The notes under the pieces were generated by a model. That model was given only the letters and a program-made list of their open reading frames with translations, did no database searches and was not told the origin of the DNA. Below are positions 1 through 11,137 of a stretch of DNA of 56,022 nt, one piece after another. A program made the translations under genes and the position numbers. The number at the start of each line of letters is the position of its first letter. The first letter of the stretch is position 1. The stretch comes from an uncultured virus (IMG/VR IMGVR_UViG_3300024999_000052) (taxonomy: Duplodnaviria > Heunggongvirae > Uroviricota > Caudoviricetes): IMG/VR virus record IMGVR_UViG_3300024999_000052. One strand, written 5' to 3'.

Positions 1-74
1 CAAAAGACGTAGATTAATAAAAATTTAATCATCTTTTCACTGGTAAAACCTAGTATTTTTAGATATAATGGAGC

Positions 75-890
75 ATGAGAGATGTTAACGAGGTGAAAAT
101 CATGCAAGATATTATTAATACAATTAAAATATCAACTAATCCCAATGAAGTAAAACAAATCCTAAAACCATTGAAAATCAAGGATGTGATCAATGTTGCA
201 AAAGCTTTGGATGTTTATATCAGAGGGAATGAGAACAAAACTGAGATTATTGGTAATATTATTTTAGGGATTATAAAATATAAGAGGAGTGATTAAAATG
301 GGAGTACAACGCAAAGGTTGCTACATGTTAATTAATTCAAAATGTACTAGAATTAATGGTTGTTGGATGCAGAAAGGATTTGGTGAATATTAATGCAGAC
401 AGAAGTAAAAGTTCTTCTCACAAATGAATCTGGTCAATGGTTATGGGTGGTGCAGGATCTTGAGACAAAAGAATTATTAAAAGAATTTTATACTTATCCA
501 GAGGCAGAAAAATATTGTAATGACAATGGATATGAGATTAAACTTTTTGGTAAGAAAACTGTGTACACTAAACGTAAAAATAAAATTTATTAAAGTAGTT
601 GACGTATAGAACATAGATATGATAGAATATGGTAGAGGAAATTTGAGAGGTGCGGAGATAAAATGGATTTAAATACAATCAGTAATCTAATGGATGAAGA
701 ATTAAAAATATGTTTTGATGAAATAGTTGATTATAGGAAGAAAGGAATTATGTCGGTGAATACTTTGACGAGAAAAGTAAGAAGTAATCTCGCAAAAGAA
801 ATTGGAAAAATAGATTGGGATCTAGGATGTGACTCAACTAGCAATTATATTATGTTTGAAATTGCTAAAAGACATTACGGAGCATCTTAG
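75..890 (+). CDS. Three small hypothetical phage ORFs (75-296, 393-593, 663-890)
   Basis: ORF track; RBS-like GGAG/GGTG upstream; no recognisable motifs. Confidence 0.6.
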
Positions 891-904
891 AATTAAATAT
901 CAGA

Positions 905-1059
905 TTTGCCCAAATTACCTGTGCTGAGATGCGAAAGGTAAGCTAATCTTATAAGTGACTAATATAAGATAGTTGAAGTGTAATGGCAAACGTCCTAATT
1001 TGGCAACTGGGTTAGGATGAAGACGCTCCTTCCCCAAGGAAATGAACTTAGGGGATTTT
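905..1059 (+). ncRNA. Candidate structured RNA or leader ending in an intrinsic terminator
   Basis: GC-richer intergenic stretch. Pairings: TTTGCC(905-910)/GGCAAA(985-990), TTACCT/AGGTAA, ATCTTATA/TATAAGAT, a GCAA-capped hairpin (991-1019) and TCCCCAAG..CTTAGGGGA-TTTT (1031-1059). Confidence 0.45.
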
Positions 1060-1085
1060 ATTGAAAATTTGAAAGGATGATTTAA

Positions 1086-1442
1086 ATGAAAGTTTTAGCA
1101 TTAAAACGTATTGGAGAAGATTCACATGGTAATGGAAAATATACTCTTGAATATCAAGAAAATAATACAAAAAATGAAAACAATTATGTTGAAAATCAAG
1201 TAGATGGTTATCCTGTTTATTTTAATTATAAAGGATTTACATTTGATGATCCAATTATTACGGAAGCTTTAACTAATTATTTTGATAAACAATCTCATAG
1301 TGATGATATTATTTCTTTTGAAAAACTTAAGGAAATGTTTGATGTGCATATGGAATTAAGGGATACTAATACAATTACTAAAATTAAGCGTATTTGTATT
1401 GAATACGCCATCCAAAAGTTAAAAGAAATTGATTTTGAGTAA
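1086..1442 (+). CDS. Hypothetical protein
   Basis: 118 aa ORF, AAGGA RBS. Confidence 0.7.
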   Translation: MKVLALKRIGEDSHGNGKYTLEYQENNTKNENNYVENQVDGYPVYFNYKGFTFDDPIITEALTNYFDKQSHSDDIISFEKLKEMFDVHMELRDTNTITKIKRICIEYAIQKLKEIDFE

Positions 1443-1450
1443 AACTGCAA

Positions 1451-1520
1451 ATCCTGAAACCATTGCTATATAAGGGTTTCAGGATACATAATATGGTTTA
1501 AAAGACGTATTTTATAAGGA
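1451..1520. repeat. Composite repeat, copy 1: AAGGGTT arm plus AAAA-N6-TTTT core
   Basis: ATCCTGAAACC..GGTTTCAGGAT inverted repeat; AAGGGTT at 1472 and TAAAA-GACGTA-TTTT at 1499. Confidence 0.6.
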
Positions 1521-1770
1521 GAGGATGGAAAATTAAAATTAAAAATGAAACATCTAAACAGACACATTTATGTTGTATTTCTTGTTTATGTAATTCATGT
1601 TCTATTATACATTGTATTGATTGTCCATGTGGAGAATGTGAGAGAATTCCAAATGAGTTCTGTAAATTTCATAGAACAGGAAAAGAGATTACATTCCATT
1701 CTAAGAATTAGTTAAGGGATAAGTTGTTTTACGCCATTAATTAAGTTAAACGATAAAAATTAAGATTCGA

Positions 1771-2463
1771 ATGCTTTTAGAAAGAAGGATGAATAAAATG
1801 GATGATCGTACAACTATTGAACATGAAAGCTTTGCAATGTTAGGTATCACAAGGAGTTCATGTAGTTTTAGTCAAAATTTATTTGGAAGCTCAATCCAAC
1901 ATAGTCATACTATAAGACTTAAAATTGCCCCTGCTAAAATTGATCGAATGTTGAATAGAGATTGGTTCCGCGCTAATACAAAATCATATATTGAAGTGGA
2001 GATGTCATACTCACAATTTGCGGAAGCGATTACATCAATGAATGTTGGCGATGGTGTACCTGTTACACTTAGGAGATTAGATGGAAAGATGATCGAAGAT
2101 TGTCCACAGTTTGATAAGCGTCAAGAATTTGAGAAAGAGTTTGAAAAGGAAATGCTTAAAATTGGTCAATCACTTAGGGTATTAACTGAGAAAGCAGAAG
2201 CATTATTAAGTGAGAAAAAACCACCAACAAAAGCAGATAAAGAAGTTATTCTTAAAGGAATTAAGATGTTACAGCAAGAGATTGAAAGCAATGTTCCTTT
2301 TATTCAAAGTAGTTTCAATGAGCAGATGGATAAAACTGTTCTCGAAGCAAAAGGTGAATTTGAAGGTTTTGTAATGCATAAAGTAATTTCTACAGGATTA
2401 GAGGGATTGCAGAAAGAATTTAAAATGCTTGGTGAAAGTGAGGATGGAAAAGATGATGAGTAG
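1771..2463 (+). CDS. Hypothetical phage protein with coiled-coil-like C-terminal half (likely start 1789 or 1798)
   Basis: 230 aa ORF; AAGGA RBS precedes the internal ATGs. Confidence 0.8.
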   Translation: MLLERRMNKMDDRTTIEHESFAMLGITRSSCSFSQNLFGSSIQHSHTIRLKIAPAKIDRMLNRDWFRANTKSYIEVEMSYSQFAEAITSMNVGDGVPVTLRRLDGKMIEDCPQFDKRQEFEKEFEKEMLKIGQSLRVLTEKAEALLSEKKPPTKADKEVILKGIKMLQQEIESNVPFIQSSFNEQMDKTVLEAKGEFEGFVMHKVISTGLEGLQKEFKMLGESEDGKDDE

Positions 2464-3308
2464 AATAATTGAAGTTAAGTTTCATGTAGGGACTACTTAT
2501 AATGGTAGTGATGTAAGAGAAACTGTTGAAATAGAAATTGAAGATGAAATGACAGAAGAGCAAGTAGAAGAAATTATAAATGAAGAATTTCAAACATGGG
2601 TATGGGAAAATATTAATGCAGATTGGGTTATTAAAAAGTAAAAATTGGCAATAAATTATTCATTTGTGGTATTTTAGGAGGAAGTTTATATGATTAATTG
2701 TTTATCAGACATAAAAGAAGGTCAAATTTTTGAGTGTATTTATGAATTTGAAACTTATAAAATACGCGAAGAATATATAGTCGTTCGATCACCTTTAAGA
2801 AAGGTATTGGGACTAATTCCAAATACAAATATCTCTGATGTAATAGCCTTTAAAGAGCTGAGAAAATATTATAGTTATTATGTATTCCCAGATCAAGGTT
2901 TCGATTACTCTACATGGGATTTATTAAATTCCAATTTTAAATTAACTGAAAAATTTATCAAAATACCATCTATTAGACTTAGAGCAGATGAATTAACTAA
3001 AGAGAAATTTAGTGATTTCTTTATTCAATTTAAGGAAGATGATAATTTTAAAAATATTGAAGTGAGAGAAATCGACTTAGAAAACAAAATTATTATACTT
3101 GGATTCGTTGATTAAGATGAAAATTTATCTAGATTGCCATGAAGAATCCGGTGGTAGTACTAGAACCATTAAGCAATTCACATTAGCCAATAAATCATAT
3201 ATCTTAGATGAATGTGTTGCAGGAGGAATAGACATTCAAGGTGAAGCAAAGGGATGCCAAAACTTTGTTTGTCAGATTGGAAAGAGAAGGTTTTTTTATA
3301 TATTGTGA
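2429..3308 (+). CDS. Cluster of three small hypothetical ORFs
   Basis: Overlapping or abutting ORFs 2429-2641, 2690-3115, 3099-3308. Confidence 0.6.
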
Positions 3309-3468
3309 AGAGAAATATTCTAATGGGAAATTAGATCAGAAATATTTTGTAATTAAGGATGAGAGAAGATAATCATAAGTAAGGTTAGTAAATTCAAATA
3401 TAATTATTGTAATATTTCCTAAAACGTGTTACAATAATTATATTAAAGTTAATAGGAGGCATTTACAT

Positions 3469-3939
3469 ATGAATATATTTGTTTTAGACCCAGACATTAA
3501 AAAATGTGCTGAATATCATGCAAATGTTCACGTGTGTAAAATGTTATTGGAAAGCGCACAAATTTTATGCAGTGCTTTCTATTACACAAATGAATCTCAT
3601 AAATCACCATATAAACTTGCACACAAAAATCATCCTTGTACTGTATGGGCAAGAGAAAGTTTATCTAACTGGTTATGGCTTAGAGATTTAGGATTAGCAT
3701 TATATGATGAATATAAGAAGAGATACAACAATAAAGATCATAAATCAGGAGACGTTATATTAGCCTTAGATGCTCCAGATTTAATTGATAAGGGTTTAAC
3801 TCCATTTGCTCAAGCAATGCCCTTAGAATACAGAAATGAAGATGCTGTGACGGCGTATAGGGATTATCATAAGAGTGAAAAGTTTGACATTTTGAAGTAT
3901 AATAATTGTGAGTGGCCTGAGTGGTTAAAAGTTGGATAG
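3469..3939 (+). CDS. Pyrimidine-dimer DNA glycosylase / endonuclease V-like protein
   Basis: MNIFVLD..H..KMLLESAQIL, HKNHPCTVW, FAQAMP and AYRDY motifs; AGGAGG RBS. Confidence 0.8.
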   Translation: MNIFVLDPDIKKCAEYHANVHVCKMLLESAQILCSAFYYTNESHKSPYKLAHKNHPCTVWARESLSNWLWLRDLGLALYDEYKKRYNNKDHKSGDVILALDAPDLIDKGLTPFAQAMPLEYRNEDAVTAYRDYHKSEKFDILKYNNCEWPEWLKVG

Positions 3940-4726
3940 GGAGAAAATTATGATTATTAGTTTTGAAAAAATAGTTGAAAGATTTATATCTATGCAAGGA
4001 ATAAGAGCAGTCGTTGTAGCTAAATATATTGATGGAAATGAATGTTTAATATCTTTACGTGGAGGATTTTCAACATCTGTAAAAGTTGTCGATGATAAAT
4101 TATATAAGGATGATGTATTATATTGCAAAGTTGAAGATTTATTTAGTTAAAGGAGGAAGTAAAATGTATAAGTATATTGGTGAACCTAAAACTAAATCTG
4201 AGCAAGAAGTTATGTGGAAAACAGCAGCAATATTAAGAAGTTTTATGTCTTTAGAAGATTCAGAACAACTAGAAAAAGAATTTATATTATATAGAGATGG
4301 ACATTATGCTAACAATAAAGGATTCGAACCTTGGTATGTTTGGTTTATGAAACAAATTGACGTTAATGTAACGATGAAAATTTAAAATTAGTATGTTGAA
4401 GGTGTGGTTTTAACCTAAGTTAAAAGGAGTGTCAAATTTATGAATATTTATGGTTTCACAGGTCATACTGAAGAATATTATGAAGATATCATTGGCAAAT
4501 GTATTCGCAATCATTTTAATAACGGTAATCCTCATTATGAAGCGATTATTAAAAATACAGTATTCGAAGATTGTATCCTTAATAATAATCTTATTAGAAT
4601 TACATCTTGCGAAGCAGGAATATTTAATATTGAATTCTTTACAAGTGATATGAAGTCAAGGAGTTTAACTTATGTAGATATTCACAAATTAAATCGTTAA
4701 TTTATAGTTAAAAGGAGTTGATAAAA

Positions 4727-4951
4727 ATGTTAAAATTTAAAATCGTAGACAAAGTGACAGTTAATAATATTAAATTTATGTTTGATGATTCAGAAGGTGA
4801 AGCAAGATTTATTGGAGCAGTTGGATAAATTATTGAAGCAATGGGTTCTTTCAATCCATATCAAATAAGGTTTTATGATAAAGAAATTCAGAAAGTTAAT
4901 GAAGAAATGGGTGGTAGGTTGTTTTATGAATCTGAATTATTTTTCTTGTAA
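4727..4951 (+). pseudogene. Small ORF interrupted by an in-frame TAA (4826-4828)
   Basis: AAGGAG RBS. Read-through gives MLKFKIVDKV..G*IIE..PYQIRFYD..FYESEL, which resembles ORF 40741-41064 (..YPYKILFDD..WKEDEL). Confidence 0.55.
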
Positions 4952-5153
4952 TATTTAAATTAATTGGAGGAAGATTTAATGGAAAAGACAAGAATTATTG
5001 AATATAAATATGACGAAGAGGATATTAAAATCATTAGAAACAAATTGATTGATATTGAATACATGATTGATAATAAAAATTCTGAAGCAGAAATTATAAA
5101 AGATAGAATTAGAGAATTGATAAACGAATATTTTGATTTGTAAAACATTAAAT

Positions 5154-5311
5154 ATGATTTGTAAATATTGTAATGAAACTATGGAATTTGATTCAAATGA
5201 AGGAATTGGGCATACAGCGAAGTTCATAACTATGAATGTATTATGTGTGAATCAAGTGTTACTGCTCATGAGAATGGAGAAGAAGATAATTGGATTCATG
5301 GAGGGAAATAA
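5154..5311 (+). pseudogene. Frameshifted zinc-ribbon protein
   Basis: CKYC in one frame and CIMC..WIHGGK* in another; one added base near 5210 joins them. Confidence 0.45.
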
Positions 5312-6401
5312 ATCCGGCAATCAGAGGAACTTTAACTATTATTAGGAGGTTTTATTATGAAGTCATTCAGTGATTTTAAGAATGAATATTTTGATAATGT
5401 GAATAATAGTAACACATTTGCAATATTCAATAAGGAGACAAATAAATTTTTACAATATTATCAGATTGTAAAAGATAATGCAAATGATAAGTATCGTATA
5501 TTTGTAATTCCTCTATCCTTTATTAGACCAGAATCATTTGATTCTCAAATAGAAGCTGAAGAATGGATAAAACAAAAAGATGTTATTGTTTCTAAAAAAG
5601 CATTTTTATCATATAGTTTAGAAAAAATTGAAGATTAATTAAATATAAGAATTGAAAGGGGTTAATACTTATGTGTTATGTGGTAATACACGACCTGTTA
5701 GATAAATGTGGAGAGAAAGTAAATAAAACTGTATATGCTTGCAATTCTAAGGAACAAGCAGAAATCGTAATTAAAAACGAATCGCAGGTCGTTGGTAGAA
5801 AGAATATTCAATACAGGCCAACTAAACCAAATTATAATTTAATAAGATACAATGTTAAGTTTATTGACGTAGGCGAAACTTATATATTAGATAGCATAAA
5901 TCTTTGATATTATCGGAAAGAGGTTAAATAAATGAATAACCAAATTCAAAATGCAGAAAAGCATCTTAGAAATATTGAAGAGTTTATAAATCATAATTTA
6001 TCTCTTAAATATATTAGTACAGAAACTACTGTTGAGGAGTTGCTAAAATTTATTAAAAACGTAAAAGAACAATATATTCCCTTAATAAAAGATATTGAAA
6101 AATTATCACCTAGAAATAAAAGTTTATTTATTTGTCAAAGTGTTGAAAAATGTCCAAATCAAAAATGGGATTCTGTTTTATAAGTAATGAGTTGTAATTA
6201 TGAAGATGTAGTACATTGTAAATATTGCTTATAGGCATAATTAAATATGTGGTTATTTTAATTAATCTTAAACAATTATGCTAATTATTTTCATTAAATC
6301 TTATTAATAATATTTAATTAATATAATAAATAATTGCTTGCAATATTTACCAAATCATGTTATACTGAATATATAAATAAATTATTTGGAGGTATTTTCA
6401 A

Positions 6402-6596
6402 ATGGGGAAAGCATTAATATCAATACATATCTGTCCAGCATGTAATAGTGAGCACACTAATAAGGTATCTTTGCAAAATAATTATTGTATGAACTGCGGT
6501 ATTGAATTTGATATTAAGAGTAAAAAGGTTTATACAATTTTGTTTGATGGATCATTAGTTGATCATTATGTTAATGAGTTTGCTAATTGTGGATGA
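6402..6596 (+). CDS. Small zinc-ribbon protein
   Basis: CPAC..CMNC; GGAGG RBS. Confidence 0.65.
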   Translation: MGKALISIHICPACNSEHTNKVSLQNNYCMNCGIEFDIKSKKVYTILFDGSLVDHYVNEFANCG

Positions 6597-6859
6597 GAAA
6601 CAAACATTTTCAATTGTATTAATAATTACAATTGTATTAACATTATTAGCTAAGAATAAATCATTAAAGAAATGTACAGTTATTGTTTTTATTATTGGAT
6701 TTATCCAATGGTTAATTAATGGATTTTGTGACGTAATTTCTGTTTCTGTGTTTATGGCATTCTTTGGAATCATATGGGAAACTAATATTAATAGTTTAAA
6801 ATAATATTATGAAAGGATAAATAAAATGATCTTTTTATTGGATTTGGTTAAAATAATGC

Positions 6860-6889
6860 TTGACACAAATCAATAAATAATGTTATAAT
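6860..6889 (+). promoter_or_regulatory. Sigma-A promoter with extended -10
   Basis: TTGACA-18nt-TATAAT, with TG before the -10. Confidence 0.75.
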
Positions 6890-7040
6890 AAATACATGGA
6901 TAGTTCAAAACATTACATAATTTAAACACTGAGAGGATGTGAGTCGTATTATAGGTAGAGAGAGAATTATACATAACTAAAATCTTATCTTTCAAACTAT
7001 GTTGAATCATAAAATAAAATTAAGAGGAGATTGATTAAAG

Positions 7041-9146
7041 ATGAATTTTCGAGAATTTAAAACTATTCAACAAAAACATGTTGCTGAAATGTTAAAGGAT
7101 GCTACTCACTTATTTGAGGTAAATGTTGATAAAGATGAAATGTGGGGCATATATCTTGAAAATTTCCCAGATCAATATAATAAAATCTTTAGAGAAAGAA
7201 GAGAGCATGATTGTTCTTGTTGTAGACATTTCATTAAAAACATTGGTAATGCAGTAGTAATCAAAGATAATAAAATTATAACTATTTGGGACTTCGAAAC
7301 AAATAGTGAAGAATATCAACCATCTGTAAACGCAATGTCTAAATATATTAAATCACAAGTCGTTTCAGATATTTATGTTGCTAAAGACAAAAAAATTGGA
7401 ACTGATAAAAACTTTGAAAAATCAGCAGATGGTAAGATTACTGAATGGCAACACTTTTTCTTAGAACTTCCTTTAAAATTTGTTGATAGTAGTGGCAAGT
7501 CAGAAGGTGATATTAAGGGTGGTTTTAGGGATACAAGAAATGTATTCAAAAGATCATTAGAAGAAATTACAGAGGAAAGTTTGCTTACTGTGTTAGAACT
7601 TATTTCTCAAAATTCTCTGCATAGAGGAAAAGAATGGGAAGCAGTTTTAAAAGAATTTTTAAAACATAAGAAGAAATATGCTCAAGTATTAGAAGCAGAA
7701 GCAAAAATATTAATTAAGATTAATGGATACAAAAAAGAGTATGCTGAATTAGAAGCAAAGTTAAAAGAAAATTACACATGGGAGCAATCTGTAAAGGTTG
7801 GAGAAGTTGTCGGGAGACTAAAAAACCATTCAATTGGCACATTGCTTATAAATATCAGTGAAGGTATGGATTTAGATATAGCAGTTGGTAAATTTGAATT
7901 TATTGTCGGAGATGGTTATAAAAGATCAACTCCAGTCCATAGTAAAAAACAACTAGAAGATGCTAAAAAGACAATTATTGAACTTGGATATGAGGACTCA
8001 ATAAAAGGTCGTAGATTTGCAAATCCAGATGATATCACAGTGAATAATATTTTATTCTCCAATAAAGACTCTGCTAAGAGAATTAAAGGTGATATATTTG
8101 ATGAAATGTTAAGTAGTATCCCTATTAATCCTAAAAAATTCTCAAAAGTTGAAGAAGTGTCTATTGAGAATTTTATCAATGATATTTTACCAACTGCAAA
8201 AGAACTTGAATTATTTTTAGAGAATAAACATTCTATTAATATGGCATCATTAATTGCTCCTGAAAGTCTAGACCATAAAACTATGTTTAAATGGAATAAT
8301 AATTTCAGTTGGTCGTATTCAGGAAATATTACTGATAGTACTATGAAGGAAAGAGTTAAAAGTGCAGGAGGAAATGTAGAAGGAGTATTAAGATTTTCTA
8401 TTCAATGGAATGACAATGAATTTGATGGTAATGATTTAGATGCTCATTGTATTGAACCTGGAGGATATGAAATATTTTTCTCAAATAAAAGAAAATTATC
8501 TCCTACTGGTGGAATGCTTGATGTTGATATTATAAATCCACGAAAGGATACTCCGGCAGTAGAAAACATCACATGGTTAAGTACCTCTAAAATGAAAAAA
8601 GGAGTTTATAAATTCATTGTTCATAATTATAGTAATAATGGTGGAAGGGGTGGTTTTAGAGCAGAAATAGAATTTAATGGTCAAATATATTCTTTTGATT
8701 ACAATAAAGCACTTCGACAAAGTGAAAATATTCTGGTCGCAGAAGTAGCATTCGATAAAGACAAAGGATTTACTATTGCAGAGAAATTGCCTTCCAATGT
8801 TTCATCAAAAGAGATATGGAATCTTAAAACAAATCAATTTGTACCAGTATCAGTTGTATGCTTGTCGCCAAATTATTGGGATAGTCAAAATAGTCAAGGT
8901 AATTTACATTACATGTTTATGCTCAAGGATTGTTGTAATCCTGAAAACCCAAATGCCTTTTACGTGGAATTCTTGAAACAGGAATTAGTGCCACATAGAA
9001 AATTCTTTGAAGCATTAGGAGCAAAAATGGCATTAAAGGACACCGAGGATCAGTTGAGTGGAGTTTCATTTAGTTCTACTAAGAGAAATGAAGTATTGGT
9101 TAAAATCAAAGGGACTGTTGAGAGAATGGTTAAAATTAAATTTTAA
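7041..9146 (+). CDS. Large phage protein with HDCSCC motif and a C-terminal YfaP/DUF2135-like domain
   Basis: 701 aa; DLDAHCIEP, LDVD and VENI motifs. Confidence 0.75.
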   Translation: MNFREFKTIQQKHVAEMLKDATHLFEVNVDKDEMWGIYLENFPDQYNKIFRERREHDCSCCRHFIKNIGNAVVIKDNKIITIWDFETNSEEYQPSVNAMSKYIKSQVVSDIYVAKDKKIGTDKNFEKSADGKITEWQHFFLELPLKFVDSSGKSEGDIKGGFRDTRNVFKRSLEEITEESLLTVLELISQNSLHRGKEWEAVLKEFLKHKKKYAQVLEAEAKILIKINGYKKEYAELEAKLKENYTWEQSVKVGEVVGRLKNHSIGTLLINISEGMDLDIAVGKFEFIVGDGYKRSTPVHSKKQLEDAKKTIIELGYEDSIKGRRFANPDDITVNNILFSNKDSAKRIKGDIFDEMLSSIPINPKKFSKVEEVSIENFINDILPTAKELELFLENKHSINMASLIAPESLDHKTMFKWNNNFSWSYSGNITDSTMKERVKSAGGNVEGVLRFSIQWNDNEFDGNDLDAHCIEPGGYEIFFSNKRKLSPTGGMLDVDIINPRKDTPAVENITWLSTSKMKKGVYKFIVHNYSNNGGRGGFRAEIEFNGQIYSFDYNKALRQSENILVAEVAFDKDKGFTIAEKLPSNVSSKEIWNLKTNQFVPVSVVCLSPNYWDSQNSQGNLHYMFMLKDCCNPENPNAFYVEFLKQELVPHRKFFEALGAKMALKDTEDQLSGVSFSSTKRNEVLVKIKGTVERMVKIKF

Positions 9147-9184
9147 AAATAAAATATTAAAATTAAAAGGAGCGTGTATTTATT

Positions 9185-9580
9185 ATGACAAATGCAAATA
9201 CTGTAAACATTTTTGAGGTAGCTACTAGAAACATGTATCGCTTTCCATTCAAGGGCACGTCTAATGTTGAAGATATGTGGCAAATTAGTGTTAAAGAATT
9301 GGATTCTGTTTTCAAGGTTTTAAATTCTCAATTAAAACAAGTACAAGAGGAAAGTCTTCTAGATGTAAGAACTCAGCAAGATCAAGAATTAGACATCAAA
9401 ATTGCTATCATCAAACATATTGTAAAAGTTAAACAAGAGGAAGCAGAAAAACAACTACAAGCAAAGAGTCTAAAAGAACAAAAGCAAAAACTTATGGAAA
9501 TTTACGCATCCAAAAAAGATGAAGATTTGCTTAAAAAATCACCAGAAGAAATTAAAGCAATGATTGATGCATTAGAATAA
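9185..9580 (+). CDS. Hypothetical coiled-coil protein, probably co-transcribed with the 701-aa gene
   Basis: 131 aa; AAGGAG RBS. Confidence 0.75.
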   Translation: MTNANTVNIFEVATRNMYRFPFKGTSNVEDMWQISVKELDSVFKVLNSQLKQVQEESLLDVRTQQDQELDIKIAIIKHIVKVKQEEAEKQLQAKSLKEQKQKLMEIYASKKDEDLLKKSPEEIKAMIDALE

Positions 9581-9592
9581 GTTTAGATAATT

Positions 9593-9627
9593 AAATAGGT
9601 AGGGAGTTTTATACTCTCTGCCTATTT
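9593..9627 (+). terminator. Hairpin / probable terminator
   Basis: AAATAGGTAGGGAGT-TTTAT-ACTCTCTGCCTATTT. Confidence 0.6.
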
Positions 9628-10393
9628 AACCAAAGGAGGAATAATAATGCTTACAGAAGAACAATGGAAACAAATCGAAGAAGATATCAACAATATGTCA
9701 GATGAAGAATTTGTAGAAAAGTTCTTGGTTGATAAAGATAGCGTTGATAGTCCTTGGCATCCATCAAAACAAAATAGTTTTTATTCTTGTTGGTATTGTG
9801 GAGAAAATGGAAATGCTCATTTATGCACTGACGGAATGGGTAGAGGGTTCTGTCCTGAGTGTAGAGAAAGAGCAGAGAAGGAATTTTTAGATTGGGATAA
9901 TATTAAGGAGGGGAGGAATGGAAGTGAAAAGAAATTTAATATCTAAAATAGTATATTGGATATATGAGCAAGAGGTTGAATTGAATGACCCTGAAGAAAC
10001 CATAGATCAAATAATTTCAAAACTGAAAAAGGAGTAATTATATGTATAGAGTAGAAAATGGAATTATTAGAAATAAAGATGGCAAAGTAATTAGTGACAG
10101 AAAAGAAGTAGCTAAACTTCTATGTAAGACTGCAAATGGATGTTTACATATTAAAGAATTGTGGTCTTGGAAAGAGATTTCCGATGAGTGGAATTTTACT
10201 ATTGATGAATTTTTTGATGATGTAATGGTTGGTTCTGGTAATTATTTTGATAGTGGTTATAATTGGGAATTTACTGGTTTGGAAGGAGAATAAGTTTATG
10301 AGAGATGGAGAACCATGTAGCCATAGAGGGTGTTTAAATCATATTTCTCATCCTTGTGAGGGTTGTGGTAGAATCGGAGGGAAGAATATAAAG

Positions 10394-10780
10394 ATGAAAG
10401 AGTATAAATTTAGAGCATGGGAACCATTAAATAAGAAAATGATTTACTTTGACGGATTTATTCCATTTACAATAAGCAGTAAATTCATCGAAGGTGCTTT
10501 AAGTTCAGCAAATCAAGAGAAAAGATATTTAACAACCATGAATTATAATGCTATTGAGATTATGCAATATGCTAAAATTTATGATTCCATAGGGTTAAAA
10601 GTCTATGAAGATGATATCCTTGAGATTTGGATTGATGGAGCTAAGCAGGATAATTACTATGTTGTAGAAGATTCAAGAGAATTATATCTTGAAATGAATA
10701 GAGATGATTCATATTATCGTATATCAAAAATTAAAGTTGTGGGAAATAAATGGGAGAATCCTGAGTTATTGATTTCCTAG
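10394..10780 (+). CDS. yopX: YopX-family phage protein (start could be 10298)
   Basis: KFRAW, MQY, YEDDIL and VVGNKWENPELL signature motifs. Confidence 0.8.
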   Translation: MKEYKFRAWEPLNKKMIYFDGFIPFTISSKFIEGALSSANQEKRYLTTMNYNAIEIMQYAKIYDSIGLKVYEDDILEIWIDGAKQDNYYVVEDSRELYLEMNRDDSYYRISKIKVVGNKWENPELLIS

Positions 10781-11137
10781 CAAACAAATAACTTATAGGA
10801 ATTTAGGAGGAAAAATAATGCTATGTATAAGAAATGACCTTTGTCATAGAGATACGTTATTCTGTTGTTATTCGTGTGAAGTGGTATGCTCAACAAAAAA
10901 TGATTGCAATGATGAAGAGTGTATAAATAATCCAAACAACATTCTAAACAAAAAAGAGCAAGATATTAAACAAAAAGACGATATTGAATGGCTACTTAAA
11001 GAATTATTAAGAGCATGTAAATATGCGGAAGTAGATTTTGATAAGATTACTGAGATAGCAAAACGTAATGGGTATGAAATTGACGATGATTTAGATTTGG
11101 TTAAAATTGGTAAAGAATAATAAGGAGGAAATTTAAA

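Noticed and set aside
921..941. TPP riboswitch or hammerhead call from GCTGAGA..GAAA
   Set aside because: The remaining consensus elements are missing; kept only as an unassigned structured RNA candidate.
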